A stretch of DNA of 64,000 nucleotides from Rugosibacter sp. (lineage in GTDB: Bacteria > Pseudomonadota > Gammaproteobacteria > Burkholderiales > Rhodocyclaceae), in the NCBI GenBank assembly GCA_030645365.1, contig JAUSMB010000064.1, forward strand, positions 23,989 through 87,988, read 5' to 3'. Shown here one piece after another: positions 28,600 through 40,323 of the stretch. A program made the translations under genes and the position numbers. Every line of letters begins with the position of its first letter. Positions within the stretch are counted from its first letter, which is position 1. The notes under the pieces are model-generated. The model was not told the DNA's origin and did not search any database. It was given only the letters and a program-made list of their open reading frames with translations.

Positions 28600-29026
28600 A
28601 GACGGTTTGTTTGGTTGATAAATGATTCAGATAAAAAATCGACTCAGGCAACTCACGAAGAAATTTACTCGCGGCCACACTAATTCGGATGGTAAGCGAA
28701 CACTGAATAAGCGGTTCTCATATCAGATCAGAGTCAAGAAACGACAAACTACTCCCCCTGTTTTGGGCTTATATTTTTTACACCCTTATACATTTTTTGG
28801 AACTCGCAACACAACGCAAAAACGCTAATAAAAAAACTATTCGCCATTGTTGCCGCTGCGACACAACTTACGCTACACACTTGTAGAAGACTGGCTGCAG
28901 GTTAACATGATCAAGCGCCTTAAGACAAGGCATTGCGCCCAGTTTTTTTACAAATTCATGAAACAAATGTCATGCGTTTCAATATGCTGCAAAGCAATAT
29001 TTGTAATGCTCATGAATTTTCATTCG

Positions 29027-29992
29027 CTACCGATGAACAATAATAGCAGTCAAGCCGAAGTTCTCGCGCACTTGATTTCTCGCTTGCTCTGCAGCAGAAG
29101 AATCCGCCCATGGTCCTAACTGCACACGAAAAGAGCCACCGGTGCTGTCAATTACTAGCTTATCCCCTAGCGAGCCTAATTCTCTTGCTAATCTACCCCT
29201 TAGCGCTTCAGCGTTATCACGATTGCCAAAGGCACCGACTTGAATGAAATGTCCTTGCAGGCGACTTACTTCGGGTAGCGAGGTGGATACGGCCTTCGAC
29301 GACCCACCAAAAATTATCGGCTGCCTACTTGACCGACTGCCAGACAAAATGCTTTCCACCTCAACCTGGGTGCTGCCTTGTTCAAGGTAGCCCAGCTTAT
29401 ATGCGGCCACCCAAGAAAGATCAATCACGCGGTTCGCGTGGAACGGGCCACGATCATTGACGCGCAGAACTACGGATTTTCCATTGCGTTGATTAGTCAC
29501 TCGCACATACGAAGGAATCGGCAGCGTGGGGTGGGCGGCTGTCATGCCATACATATCGTAAATCTCGCCGCTAGAAGTTTTCTGGCCATGAAATTTACGA
29601 CCATACCAACTCGCGATACCCGTTTCTTTGTAGGTAGTACGTTCATCAAGCGGCACATAGTCTTTACCGAATACAGAATATTTGTTATTGGCAAAACGGT
29701 TCAGTAGTTCATCACGCGGTACGGCATCAGGTATAGCCTCAATATTTTCGGGTGGGTTATCACCCGGACCATCATCCTTGTAATAGCCGCCAGGCCTCTG
29801 GGACCTGTCGCCAGGTAGTTCTTCTGGAGCCCCAGCTTTAAAAGTCGGCGCTGGTAATACGCCGCGAAGCGAGTCCCCTTTTCGGACGGTAGGAACCTTG
29901 TTTGCACTGTGATCAATCACAGGCCTGGGGGGTTGCGATCCACAAGCGGCGAAAAACAATGGCCACAGCGCTAGAAAAAATATTCGTTTCAT
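29027..29992 (-). CDS. rlpA: septal ring lytic transglycosylase RlpA (DPBB + SPOR)
   Basis: Lipobox FFAACG. DPBB core ASWYGRKFHGQKTSSGEIYDMYGMTAAHPTLPIPSYVRVTN...VLRVNDRGPF. C-terminal SPOR (FIQVGAFGNRDNAEALRGRL). Downstream of rodA. Confidence 0.9.
   Translation of the reverse strand: MKRIFFLALWPLFFAACGSQPPRPVIDHSANKVPTVRKGDSLRGVLPAPTFKAGAPEELPGDRSQRPGGYYKDDGPGDNPPENIEAIPDAVPRDELLNRFANNKYSVFGKDYVPLDERTTYKETGIASWYGRKFHGQKTSSGEIYDMYGMTAAHPTLPIPSYVRVTNQRNGKSVVLRVNDRGPFHANRVIDLSWVAAYKLGYLEQGSTQVEVESILSGSRSSRQPIIFGGSSKAVSTSLPEVSRLQGHFIQVGAFGNRDNAEALRGRLARELGSLGDKLVIDSTGGSFRVQLGPWADSSAAEQARNQVRENFGLTAIIVHR
29840..29863 (+). repeat. dispersed 24-nt word, copy 7 (inside the rlpA CDS, antisense)
   Basis: aaaagtcggcgctggtaatacgcc. 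The gene strand encodes GVLPAPTF in the low-complexity linker. Confidence 0.9.
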
Positions 29993-31095
29993 TTTTGTAC
30001 CAGCATGCGACCTTTATGGATTGACATCAACATACCAATACCAATAAATAGTGTCACCAACGAAGTGCCACCGTAACTCACTAGCGGCAGCGGCACACCA
30101 ACCACCGGCAAAAAGCCGGATACCATGCCGATATTAACAAACGCATAAGTGAAAAAAATCATCGTGATCGACCCAGCCAGCAGACGACCAAAAAGCGATG
30201 TCGCTTGCGCCGCGATCACGAACCCGCGGCCAATCAATATGCCGTACAAAGTCAGGAGCGCAACATTGCCCACGAAGCCAAATTCTTCGGCAAAAACAGC
30301 GAAGATAAAATCCGTATGGTGCTCGGGTATGAATTCAAGTTGCGATTGCGTTCCTTCTCGCCAACCCTTACCAAATATGCCCCCCGAGCCAATGGCGATA
30401 GTGGATTGAATAATGTGGAAACCTTTGCCGAGCGGGTCTTTTTCTGGATCGAGCAGTGTCAAGATACGATTGCGTTGATAGTCATGCAAAAAACTCCAAG
30501 CCACAGGTGCTGTGGCCAGCGCAATAAGCGCCATCCCCCCAAGAATTTTCCATGACAGACCAGCAAAGAAAATCACATAAAACCCGGCCGCCAAAACCAA
30601 CAAGGCCGTACCCAAATCCGGCTGGCGCATAATCAAGCCCACAGGTACCAACAGCAGCAAAGCCGCAATAAAGAAATCAACCAGCCGGAGACGCGTTGTG
30701 CGCTGATGAAAAAACCAGGCGAGTAACAACGGCATGGAAATTTTCATGATTTCGGACGGCTGCGAGCGCATGAATCCTAAATTCAGCCAACGCCGGGCAC
30801 CTTTGGAGATGTCACCGAACAAGGCCACACCAATCAGCAAACCAATGCCCACTAGATAAACCAGCACAGCCATGCTGGCTAATCGTTGGGGCGATAGCCC
30901 AGCCACCACTCGCATGATGACTAATGCCAGCGCCATATTTGTCAATTGAGCGCCAATGCGTTCAGGCGAAGCGCTCCCCATAACGCCTACCGCGACTAAC
31001 AAAAGCAATCCGCAGATACCTAGCAGCGGTAAATCCAGCGGGGAGATCAATCGTTGCCACCAAGCACGTACAACAAGAGGAAAGGCTTGCCTCAT
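29989..31095 (-). CDS. mrdB: peptidoglycan glycosyltransferase RodA (SEDS family)
   Basis: 368-aa polytopic FtsW/RodA/SpoVE protein (HTDFIFAVFAEEFGF, PLPLVSYGGTS). ATGA overlaps with both neighbours. Confidence 0.9.
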   Translation of the reverse strand: MRQAFPLVVRAWWQRLISPLDLPLLGICGLLLLVAVGVMGSASPERIGAQLTNMALALVIMRVVAGLSPQRLASMAVLVYLVGIGLLIGVALFGDISKGARRWLNLGFMRSQPSEIMKISMPLLLAWFFHQRTTRLRLVDFFIAALLLLVPVGLIMRQPDLGTALLVLAAGFYVIFFAGLSWKILGGMALIALATAPVAWSFLHDYQRNRILTLLDPEKDPLGKGFHIIQSTIAIGSGGIFGKGWREGTQSQLEFIPEHHTDFIFAVFAEEFGFVGNVALLTLYGILIGRGFVIAAQATSLFGRLLAGSITMIFFTYAFVNIGMVSGFLPVVGVPLPLVSYGGTSLVTLFIGIGMLMSIHKGRMLVQK

Positions 31096-32984
31096 TCGTC
31101 ATCTCTCTCGACTGCGGCTTCATCAACAGCCGCAGGCGCTTTTGGCCGTTTGCCTAAAAGATAGTAATCAAATATCTGCCGCGCAATAGGTGCAGCAGCC
31201 TGGGCGCCAAAGCCCCCATTTTCGACCACCACAGCCAGCGCAATTTTTGGCGCATTCGCTGGCGCAAAAGCGATGAACAAAGCATGGTCGCGCAACTCCT
31301 GTTTAATGGAATGATGTTTGTATTCTGCGCCTTTGAGTGAGAAAACCTGAGACGTACCAGTCTTGCCCGCAGACACATATTCCGCGCCCGCAAACGCACG
31401 TGCACCCGTGCCTTCTTTATTAACACCGATCATTGCCTGCTTGATCACTTCGATATGCTCAGGGTTCAAATCGATTTTTTTCAATGGTTGCGGTTCGACC
31501 AATTTACGCACACCCGTGCGGCTATCAGTAATAAATTTGACCAAATGCGGGCGAAACATAGTGCCATTGTTTGCCAATGTCGCCACCGCTTGCGCAAGCT
31601 GAATAGGTGTGTAAGCGTTATAGCCTTGGCCGATACTGATAGAGATGGTTTCACCGGCATACCATTTCTTTTGTGCGGGACTTTTGAAACGTTTTTTCTT
31701 CCAATCGGTCGAGGGCAAAACTCCTTTTGATTCTCCTTGGATGTCAATACCGGTGAAATTTCCGAATCCGAATTCAGCCATAAACCGCGCAATATTATCG
31801 ATACCCAAGTCATTGGCCAGCACGTAGTAATAGGTATCGCACGATTCGACAATGGACTTATACATATCTACCATGCCATGACCACCTTTTTTGTCATCCC
31901 GAAACGTATGGTTGCCAAATATGTAGAAGCCCGGATCAAAAATGGCTTGATGTGGCGTACGCTTGCCAGATGCAAGTGCAGCCAACGCCATGAACGGTTT
32001 AAAAGTTGATCCCGGGGGATATACCCCGTTAAGCGCCCGGTTCACCATGGGTTTATCCGGCGACTCATTCAACACCTTCCAGCTTTGCGTATCTATACCG
32101 TCGACAAACAAATTCGGATCGTAATTGGGCATGGAAACCAGCGCGAGAACACCCCCGGTTGAAGGTTCTATCGCAACCAGTGCACCTTTTCTATCACCAA
32201 ATGCTTGCTCTGCAATACTCTGCAATTCTGCATCCAGCGTGAGTGTCAAATTGTTTCCTGGCACAGGCGCTGTCCGCGCCAGCGTGCGCACCGCGCGGCC
32301 GCCCGCATCCACTTCTACTTGCTCAAAACCAGTTGTACCATGCAACTCGAATTCATAATGCTGCTCCAGCCCGGTTTTGCCAAAGTGGTCAGTGCCCCGG
32401 TAATTTGCTTCTTGACCAATAGCTTCAATTTTATCCAGGTCACGATCCGTAATGCGCCCGATATAACCCAGCGTACTAGAAGCAAAAGCCTCTTTAGGAT
32501 AATGGCGAAATAGCCGCGCTTTAAGATCCACACCGGGAAACCGATAGCGTTGGGCAACAAATTTTGCAACCTCCTCATCCGTCAAACGGGAACGAATGGG
32601 CAAAGACTCAAAATTCTTGCTCTCTTCCAGCAATTTCTTAAACCGCTTTCGATCTTTAGGCTGAATATCGATCACCGTGGCCAAGTCGTCAATCGTGCGC
32701 TCAAGATGATCAATCTGGGCAGGTGTAATTTCCAGCGTGTACGCCGAATAGTTGTTTGCCAGTTGCAGATTATTGCGATCAACGATCAGACCACGGCTGG
32801 GCGCAATAGGCACCAAAGAAATACGGTTGTCTTCTGCCCGCGTTTGGTAGTACCCATATTGAATAATTTGCAGCCAAGCAAAACGCAACACAAGCAAAAC
32901 AAAACAGAGCAAAACAAAACCACCAGCGACTGCCAGACGCGAATGAAATTTACCTAGTGCATCATCATCGTGAGTAATTTTCAT
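31092..32984 (-). CDS. mrdA: penicillin-binding protein 2 (elongasome transpeptidase)
   Basis: 630 aa. STFKP (SxxK) and KTGTSQV (KTG) motifs. Located between mreD and rodA. Confidence 0.9.
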   Translation of the reverse strand: MKITHDDDALGKFHSRLAVAGGFVLLCFVLLVLRFAWLQIIQYGYYQTRAEDNRISLVPIAPSRGLIVDRNNLQLANNYSAYTLEITPAQIDHLERTIDDLATVIDIQPKDRKRFKKLLEESKNFESLPIRSRLTDEEVAKFVAQRYRFPGVDLKARLFRHYPKEAFASSTLGYIGRITDRDLDKIEAIGQEANYRGTDHFGKTGLEQHYEFELHGTTGFEQVEVDAGGRAVRTLARTAPVPGNNLTLTLDAELQSIAEQAFGDRKGALVAIEPSTGGVLALVSMPNYDPNLFVDGIDTQSWKVLNESPDKPMVNRALNGVYPPGSTFKPFMALAALASGKRTPHQAIFDPGFYIFGNHTFRDDKKGGHGMVDMYKSIVESCDTYYYVLANDLGIDNIARFMAEFGFGNFTGIDIQGESKGVLPSTDWKKKRFKSPAQKKWYAGETISISIGQGYNAYTPIQLAQAVATLANNGTMFRPHLVKFITDSRTGVRKLVEPQPLKKIDLNPEHIEVIKQAMIGVNKEGTGARAFAGAEYVSAGKTGTSQVFSLKGAEYKHHSIKQELRDHALFIAFAPANAPKIALAVVVENGGFGAQAAAPIARQIFDYYLLGKRPKAPAAVDEAAVERDDE

Positions 32985-32990
32985 CGCAAA

Positions 32991-33515
32991 TTAAATTGGC
33001 CGATGAAAATCTTTTTCTTGTGGCTGAAACTGGGGTGCAAGTAATAAATAAGTCAGCGGATACCAAAGCAGTGCGCCCGTGAAGCTGGAAAGAAACCAAC
33101 TAAGGCCAGGAAAATCAGCGCCACTCAACATCCGGGCGATCAACATAATAAGTTGCCCACCCAAGCAGAGCAACAGAACATGCAATGCCTGTTGCCACAA
33201 TGGAAACCACAAAACGCGCCGCGATAACGCAGCCGCTGCATAGGCGAGAAACACATATGCCAAGGCATGTTGGCCCATCACGCTCGCATCGACTACATCC
33301 ATCAGCAACCCAAGAATGAATCCTGCACTCATGCCCACCTTCAAAGGCTGATGCAAACACCAAAAAACCAACACCAGGGCGATCCAGTCAGGAATGCCCA
33401 GAAAATAGCCAAAAGGGATCATGTTCAGCAACAAAGCCGCACATAAGGTCATCACAATAAACCAGTTTTTGGCGGGCAAAAGGATGCGGCGCATGGAATG
33501 CGGTGACTCCATCAT
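32991..33515 (-). CDS. mreD: rod shape-determining protein MreD
   Basis: 174-aa hydrophobic protein immediately after mreC. Confidence 0.8.
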   Translation of the reverse strand: MMESPHSMRRILLPAKNWFIVMTLCAALLLNMIPFGYFLGIPDWIALVLVFWCLHQPLKVGMSAGFILGLLMDVVDASVMGQHALAYVFLAYAAAALSRRVLWFPLWQQALHVLLLCLGGQLIMLIARMLSGADFPGLSWFLSSFTGALLWYPLTYLLLAPQFQPQEKDFHRPI

Positions 33516-34420
33516 CTTTTCTCCTTTCTGCCATGCTTCAATTTTTCAGGTGAGAGTTCTTCGATCGGCGGCAAAACCAGCGGTTTACGCGAATCAAGAA
33601 CCAGCACCAAGCCGTGATGCTCAATTCCCGCTACCGGATCACAGGTAATACGGGCGAAAAAATAGGTATTGTCGTGATCAATCTTGGTCACTTTCGCCAC
33701 AGGCAACCCTGCGAGATAAATACCATCAAGGCCTGATGTCACCAAAATATCACCCACCTGAACATCCGTATCGGCACTCAAAAATCGGAGTTCCATGCGA
33801 CCGTTCCCTGCACCGAAGAGTACTGATCGCAAACCATTGCGTTGCACCTGGACAGGGATAGCCTGTCGCTTATCCGTCAGTAATGACACTTCTGCCGTGC
33901 GCGCAAAGCTACGTATCACTTGCCCTATGACGCCATGCTCATCCACGATAACCTGGCCGGCTTGTATACCTTGCTGCAACCCTTTGTCGATAATGACATG
34001 ACGCGAAAATGGGTCACGTGCGGCATAAATAATCTCGGCAATCTGTCCATTGGTCGATTGGCGCATTTTCATATCGAGCAAAACCCGCAGACGCTGATTT
34101 TCGTCTTCCAGATGCCGCTGTCGCAGCAGTAGCCTGGCGGCCTTCATGCGTTCCTGCTGCAAAGACTCAGTTTCTGCTTGCAGATCGGACTGCCGAATAA
34201 AGTAGTGCCCGATATTATCTGCTGCTTGAATGGGCAACCAGGCCGCACGTTGAATCGGCCAGACTAGGTTCGTTGCGGTGAGGCGCGTCCATTCCAGCGT
34301 GTGGAAGCGCAAATCCGCCACCATAAGAGTGATAGACGCCGCGACAAAAAATAATAGGCGCACAAGCGGTGCCGGACCCCTATTGAAAAATGGTGGCGGC
34401 TCGTGGCCTATTGCGGACAT
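33512..34420 (-). CDS. mreC: rod shape-determining protein MreC
   Basis: N-terminal TM segment, coiled-coil LQAETESLQQERMKAARLLLRQRHLEDENQRLR, beta-rich C-terminus; follows mreB. Confidence 0.85.
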   Translation of the reverse strand: MSAIGHEPPPFFNRGPAPLVRLLFFVAASITLMVADLRFHTLEWTRLTATNLVWPIQRAAWLPIQAADNIGHYFIRQSDLQAETESLQQERMKAARLLLRQRHLEDENQRLRVLLDMKMRQSTNGQIAEIIYAARDPFSRHVIIDKGLQQGIQAGQVIVDEHGVIGQVIRSFARTAEVSLLTDKRQAIPVQVQRNGLRSVLFGAGNGRMELRFLSADTDVQVGDILVTSGLDGIYLAGLPVAKVTKIDHDNTYFFARITCDPVAGIEHHGLVLVLDSRKPLVLPPIEELSPEKLKHGRKEKR

Positions 34421-34499
34421 CAGGCAGGTGGTGTTCCCGAAAATAAATAATCGAGTGCACCAAGTGGTGCACCGTGAAACAAGCTATACGAAAAGCGAC

Positions 34500-35609
<1,110 letters not shown>

Positions 35610-35689
35610 TTATAATACCTTAACTTGACGCCGGGCTTAACTGAATGGCCCTGCTCAATTCTTAAATTTAAATCTTAACTATCGCCATT

Positions 35690-35977
35690 ATGTCATTGAA
35701 TCAAGAAGGTGTCGGCCGTATCGCACGACTCGCCCGAATTGAGCTTTCTGCGGATGAATCCGTTGCTACACAGGATCAGCTAAACGATATTCTCGGCTTT
35801 ATTGCGCGCTTGCAGGCTGTGAATACCACGGGCATCGAACCGATGGCGCATGCGGTGGATGTAGTGCAACGCCTGCGTCCCGACTGCATAACCGAAACAG
35901 ATCGCCGTGCTGATTTTCAGGCGATTGCGCCAGAAGTTGATGGCGGTCTTTATTTAGTCCCGAAAGTCATTGAATGA
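35690..35977 (+). CDS. gatC: Asp/Glu-tRNA amidotransferase subunit C
   Basis: 95 aa. [13 protein letters not shown]...[22 protein letters not shown] is typical GatC. ATGA overlap with gatA. Confidence 0.9.
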   Translation: MSLNQEGVGRIARLARIELSADESVATQDQLNDILGFIARLQAVNTTGIEPMAHAVDVVQRLRPDCITETDRRADFQAIAPEVDGGLYLVPKVIE

Positions 35978-37455
35978 TCAACGCCAGCCTGAAAGAATTG
36001 TCTGCCGCACTGGCGCAGAGGAAAATTTCTGCGGTTGAACTTGCCACGCTGTTTCTGAATCGCATCGAGCGCCTGAACCCGGCGCTGAATGCGTTTATCA
36101 CCACCGACCGTGAAAAAACGCTGGCGCAAGCGCAACGTTCGGATGATGCCCGAAAAGTCGGCGCTGGCGACACGGTGGCATTTCAGTCAAAAGCGCCATT
36201 GAGCGGCATTCCTCTCGCCCACAAGGACATCTTCTGCACGCAAGGCTGGCGCACCACCTGCGGCTCGAAGATGCTGGCCAATTTTGTCTCGCCTTACGAT
36301 GCGCACGTGGTGGAGCGCATGGCCACTGCCGGCATGGTCACACTGGGCAAGCTCAACATGGACGAATTCGCCATGGGCTCATCGAACGAAACCTCGTTCT
36401 TCGGCGCGGTCAAAAACCCCTGGGATGTATCGCGTGTCCCGGGTGGCTCCTCCGGCGGTTCGGCTGCGGCGATTGCGGCGCGGCTGGCACCGGCTGCAAC
36501 CGGCACCGATACCGGCGGCTCGATTCGCCAGCCCGCCGCCTTGTGCGGCTTGACCGGCATAAAACCCACCTATGGCGTGGTGTCGCGCTATGGCATGATC
36601 GCCTTCGCTTCCAGCCTCGATCAAGCCGGGCCCATGGCCAAGAGCGCCGAAGATTGTGCGCTGCTGCTCACCGCAATGGCTGGGTTCGATACGCGAGATT
36701 CCACCTCGCTGGAGCGCCCCGCTGAAGACTACAGCCGCGATCTAAATCAGCCGCTGACCGGTTTGAAAATTGGCTTGCCGAAAGAATTCTTCGGCGACGG
36801 CATGGACGCCGACGTGCGCTCCGCCGTGGAGGCCGCGCTGGATGAATACCGCAAGCTCGGCGCAACCACCGTTGAGGTCAGCTTGCCCAATTCGGCCTTG
36901 TCCGTGCCCGCGTATTATGTGATCGCGCCCGCTGAAGCCAGCTCGAATCTTTCGCGCTTCGACGGCGTGCGCTATGGCTATCGCGCACCGGAATACACGG
37001 ATCTCGCCGACATGTACGCCAAAACCCGGGCGCAGGGTTTCGGCGCCGAAGTCAAACGCCGCATCCTGATCGGCACCTATGTGCTCTCGCATGGTTATTA
37101 CGATGCGTATTACCTGCAAGCGCAAAAAATCCGCCGTCTCATCGCCGCCGACTTTTCCGCAGCATTCGAACAATGTGATGTGATCATGGGTCCCACCTCG
37201 CCTTCCGTCGCTTTCGCCTTTGGCGCGAAAAATGCCGACCCAGTGCAAATGTATCTCTCCGACATTTACACCATCTCGACGAATCTCGCCGGACTGCCGG
37301 GCATGTCCTTGCCCTGCGGTTTTGGCAATAACAACATGCCCGTCGGCCTGCAAATCATCGGCCATTGGTTTGACGAAGCCAAAATGCTCAATACCGCCCA
37401 TCAATACCAACAAGTCACAGATTGGCATAGCCGCATGCCGGAGGGCTTGGCATGA
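35974..37455 (+). CDS. gatA: Asp/Glu-tRNA amidotransferase subunit A (amidase signature)
   Basis: [20 protein letters not shown] and [13 protein letters not shown]...[12 protein letters not shown] amidase signature; 493 aa. Confidence 0.95.
   Translation: MINASLKELSAALAQRKISAVELATLFLNRIERLNPALNAFITTDREKTLAQAQRSDDARKVGAGDTVAFQSKAPLSGIPLAHKDIFCTQGWRTTCGSKMLANFVSPYDAHVVERMATAGMVTLGKLNMDEFAMGSSNETSFFGAVKNPWDVSRVPGGSSGGSAAAIAARLAPAATGTDTGGSIRQPAALCGLTGIKPTYGVVSRYGMIAFASSLDQAGPMAKSAEDCALLLTAMAGFDTRDSTSLERPAEDYSRDLNQPLTGLKIGLPKEFFGDGMDADVRSAVEAALDEYRKLGATTVEVSLPNSALSVPAYYVIAPAEASSNLSRFDGVRYGYRAPEYTDLADMYAKTRAQGFGAEVKRRILIGTYVLSHGYYDAYYLQAQKIRRLIAADFSAAFEQCDVIMGPTSPSVAFAFGAKNADPVQMYLSDIYTISTNLAGLPGMSLPCGFGNNNMPVGLQIIGHWFDEAKMLNTAHQYQQVTDWHSRMPEGLA
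36153..36176 (+). repeat. dispersed 24-nt word, copy 8 (inside the gatA CDS, sense)
   Basis: aaaagtcggcgctggcgacacggt, encoding KVGAGDT just upstream of the conserved GIPLAHKD segment. Confidence 0.9.
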
Positions 37456-38909
37456 GTGCAACGAAATGGGAAGTCGTTATCGGCTTGGAAACGCACACCC
37501 AGCTTAAAACCCAATCGAAAATTTTTTCCGGCAGTAGTGTTGCGTTCGGCGCATCGCCGAATGTGCAGTCGAGCGCCGTCGACATCGCGCTGCCTGGCGT
37601 GTTGCCGGTGCTGAACCGTGAAGCCGTGGTCTGCGCCATCAAGTTCGGCCTCGCCGTCGGCGCCACCATCGCGCCGCGTTCGATCTTCGCGCGCAAGAAC
37701 TATTTCTATCCTGATCTGCCTAAAGGCTACCAGATCAGCCAATTTGAGATTCCGGTGGTGCAGGGTGGCGGGCTGGCGATTCGCGTCGGCGAGGTAGAGA
37801 AGTACGTGCATCTGACCCGCGCCCACCTCGAAGAAGATGCCGGCAAATCGTTGCATGAAGATTTCCAGGGCAAGACTGGCATCGACCTGAACCGCGCCGG
37901 CACACCGCTCTTGGAAATCGTTTCCGAACCCGACATGCGTTCTTCTGCCGAAGCGGTTGCCTATGCCAAGGCCTTGCACGCACTGGTGCAATGGATCGGC
38001 ATTTGCGACGGCAACATGCAGGAAGGCTCGTTCCGCTGCGACGCCAACGTGTCTGTGCGCCCGGTCGGGCAAAAGGAATTCGGCACACGGCGCGAAATCA
38101 AGAACCTCAATTCCTTCCGCTTCATGCAGCAAGCGATAGATTTTGAAGTCCAGTGGCAGATCAACGAAATTGAAGAAGGCCGTGCCATTCAACAAGCCAC
38201 GGTGTTATTCAACTCGGATACCGGCGAGACACGCGCCATGCGCAGCAAGGAAGACGCCCACGATTACCGTTATTTCCCTGATCCCGATTTGTTGCCGCTG
38301 GAAATTACACCCGCCTGGATTGCTGAAGTCAAAGCGTCTTTGCCAGAATTACCAGAGGCGATGAAGGCGCGTTTTGAGTCGGACTATGGGCTGTCTGCTT
38401 ATGACGCCGCCACGCTCTCTGCGTCGCGCGAGATGGCAAATTATTTCGAGGAAACACTCACCGCTGCCGGACGCGAAAACGCCAAACTTTGCGCTAACTG
38501 GGTGATGGGCGAAGTAGCGGGGCGCCTGAACAAGGACGGCATGGAAATATCTGCCGGGCACGCCGTACCACTAGCGCCGACTTTACTCGCTGGCATCATT
38601 CGCCGCATTACCGACAACACGCTCTCAAACAAAATGGCGCGCGAAGTATTCGATGCCTTATGGGTAGGTGAGGAAAAAGATGCCGACGCCGTCATCGCTG
38701 CGCGTGGCTTAACGCAAGTCACGGATAGCGGCGCTATTGAGTCAGTGATTGATGAAGTGCTTGCTACCAACGCAAAATCCGTTGAAGAATTTCACGCTGG
38801 TAAAGATAAAGCCTTCAATTCGCTAGTCGGCCAAGTGATGAAAGCCACCAAAGGTAAAGCCGACCCGCAGCAAGTCAATGACTTGCTGCGTAAAAAACTC
38901 GCCACTTAA
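37452..38909 (+). CDS. gatB: Asp/Glu-tRNA amidotransferase subunit B
   Basis: [30 protein letters not shown] and [17 protein letters not shown] motifs; 485 aa. Confidence 0.95.
   Translation: MSATKWEVVIGLETHTQLKTQSKIFSGSSVAFGASPNVQSSAVDIALPGVLPVLNREAVVCAIKFGLAVGATIAPRSIFARKNYFYPDLPKGYQISQFEIPVVQGGGLAIRVGEVEKYVHLTRAHLEEDAGKSLHEDFQGKTGIDLNRAGTPLLEIVSEPDMRSSAEAVAYAKALHALVQWIGICDGNMQEGSFRCDANVSVRPVGQKEFGTRREIKNLNSFRFMQQAIDFEVQWQINEIEEGRAIQQATVLFNSDTGETRAMRSKEDAHDYRYFPDPDLLPLEITPAWIAEVKASLPELPEAMKARFESDYGLSAYDAATLSASREMANYFEETLTAAGRENAKLCANWVMGEVAGRLNKDGMEISAGHAVPLAPTLLAGIIRRITDNTLSNKMAREVFDALWVGEEKDADAVIAARGLTQVTDSGAIESVIDEVLATNAKSVEEFHAGKDKAFNSLVGQVMKATKGKADPQQVNDLLRKKLAT
38562..38585 (-). repeat. 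dispersed 24-nt word, copy 9 (inside the gatB CDS, antisense; 3 mismatches)
   Basis: + strand reads gccgtaccactagcgccgacttta, encoding AVPLAPTL. Confidence 0.75.
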
Positions 38910-38934
38910 TGACTGCGCGCTGATTGCGCGGTAA

Positions 38935-39609
38935 TTACTTTTTTACCGAGGCAGCCCCTGGCACTGCTGCAGGCGCATCGGTAGCGGCGGTTTCTGGCTT
39001 TTTTCCGGTCAATGCCAGATACTGCTGTTTTTCTGCAGCGAAGCGTGCGCGAACATCATCCATCTCTTTTGTTTGCGTCTCTATCGCTACCTGCTGTGCA
39101 CGTAGCTCACTTTCGTTATCACGAATCAAGGATTTGATCTGTGCTGGCAAGGGTTGATTTTTATAGGAAGCCTTTTCGCCATCCAGCTTTTTCTTCGCTT
39201 TATTCGCCTCATCCAGTTTGGACCGGGACTGCTGAAGGTTTTTTTCGATCGCCGCTAACGCACGGTCTCGTGCAGAATCAATTTCCTTTTCGTTTGCATA
39301 GTTCGCTAACAACGCAGCCGACTGTCGTTGCTCTTCCAGCGCTTTGCGTTTTTCTGCGTCTGCTTTGGCCAGCTCCACCGTGCGTAGTGCTTGCTGTTCG
39401 GCGGTAAGCGGCGCATTATATTTTTTAACTATTCTGCCCTGACCGTCACGTTCCTCATAAGCGCGATTTGCACACTCAGGCGGAACAAAATCCGCGCACA
39501 CTTTGCGGCTTTTGGCATCATCACAACAAAAAATTCGGGCCTGTGCGGCAGCCTCGCCAGCTGCCCATAAGAAGGTGGTTGTCATTAACAAAGCAGAAAG
39601 CGGACGCAT
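38935..39609 (-). CDS. secreted coiled-coil protein of unknown function (Cys-rich N-terminal module)
   Basis: Signal peptide MRPLSALLMTTTFLWAAGEAAAQA, then CCDD..C..C, then a long Lys/Glu/Ala-rich heptad-like region. No enzymatic motif seen. Confidence 0.5.
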   Translation of the reverse strand: MRPLSALLMTTTFLWAAGEAAAQARIFCCDDAKSRKVCADFVPPECANRAYEERDGQGRIVKKYNAPLTAEQQALRTVELAKADAEKRKALEEQRQSAALLANYANEKEIDSARDRALAAIEKNLQQSRSKLDEANKAKKKLDGEKASYKNQPLPAQIKSLIRDNESELRAQQVAIETQTKEMDDVRARFAAEKQQYLALTGKKPETAATDAPAAVPGAASVKK

Positions 39610-39630
39610 TGCGGTCTCCTTGAGGAAATA

Positions 39631-40299
39631 TCATTCACTACCGTAACGTAACCGGTAATCACTTACTGCAGAAAAATATTGGGTTAGCTCCGGCTGGCCG
39701 GACAAATAATGAATAAGATCAGTTAGCCGAGCAATGCTTAACACCGAGAGGCCATATGATTGCTCAACTTCCTGAACAGCAGATAGCACGCCTTCGCCAC
39801 GCTCCTGGCGATCAAGCGCAATCACCACAGCAGCGGGCGTCGCGCCAGCTTGACGAATTATTTCAACGGATTCACGCACCGAGGTGCCAGCGGAGATCAC
39901 ATCATCAATAATCAACACCCGGCCTCTTAGCGGGGCGCCGACCAACACGCCGCCCTCGCCATGATCTTTGGCTTCTTTACGATTGTATGCATAAGGCGTG
40001 TCGTAGCCCAACCGCGACAACGCAATCGCCGTTCCCGCAGCCAAGGGAATGCCCTTATAGGCTGGCCCAAACAGAATATCGAACGATATGCCTGAAGCGA
40101 TAATCCGCTGCGCATAAAAATCACACAGACGGGCTAGTGCCGCACCGTGATAGAAGAGCCCGGCGTTAAAAAAGTAGGGGGAAAGACGCCCCGCCTTGGT
40201 TTTAAATTCACCAAACCGCAGCACACCTAGCTCACAGGCAAAAGCTATAAACTCTTGGCTTTGGCTCGTATTAATGGCATTTGCATTCATTTGAGGCAT
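39631..40299 (-). CDS. pyrE: orotate phosphoribosyltransferase
   Basis: [23 protein letters not shown] and PRPP-binding [13 protein letters not shown] motifs. Confidence 0.9.
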   Translation of the reverse strand: MPQMNANAINTSQSQEFIAFACELGVLRFGEFKTKAGRLSPYFFNAGLFYHGAALARLCDFYAQRIIASGISFDILFGPAYKGIPLAAGTAIALSRLGYDTPYAYNRKEAKDHGEGGVLVGAPLRGRVLIIDDVISAGTSVRESVEIIRQAGATPAAVVIALDRQERGEGVLSAVQEVEQSYGLSVLSIARLTDLIHYLSGQPELTQYFSAVSDYRLRYGSE

Positions 40300-40323
40300 T
40301 CTACATCGACAGGGAAGCGTTAT

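Noticed and set aside
28622-29119. Small + ORFs (68 and 90 aa) in the gap upstream of the envelope module
   Set aside because: The translations are AT-rich and low-complexity with no RBS, and the second runs into the rlpA 3' end on the opposite strand.
37131-37158. Degenerate look-alike of the word in gatA (ccgccgtctcatcgccgccgacttttcc; about 19/23 matches ungapped)
   Set aside because: It encodes RRLIAADFS, a segment I believe is conserved in GatA generally, so the resemblance may come from protein constraint. It also needs indels to align. It is left out of the count of 14 but is worth including in a genome-wide scan.
36742-38195. Two long minus-strand ORFs (239 and 264 aa) overlapping gatA and gatB
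   Set aside because: They lie in the 60-77% GC core, where stop codons are rare by composition. The translations are Arg/Gly/Ala-rich and motif-free, while the + strand encodes unmistakable GatA and GatB.
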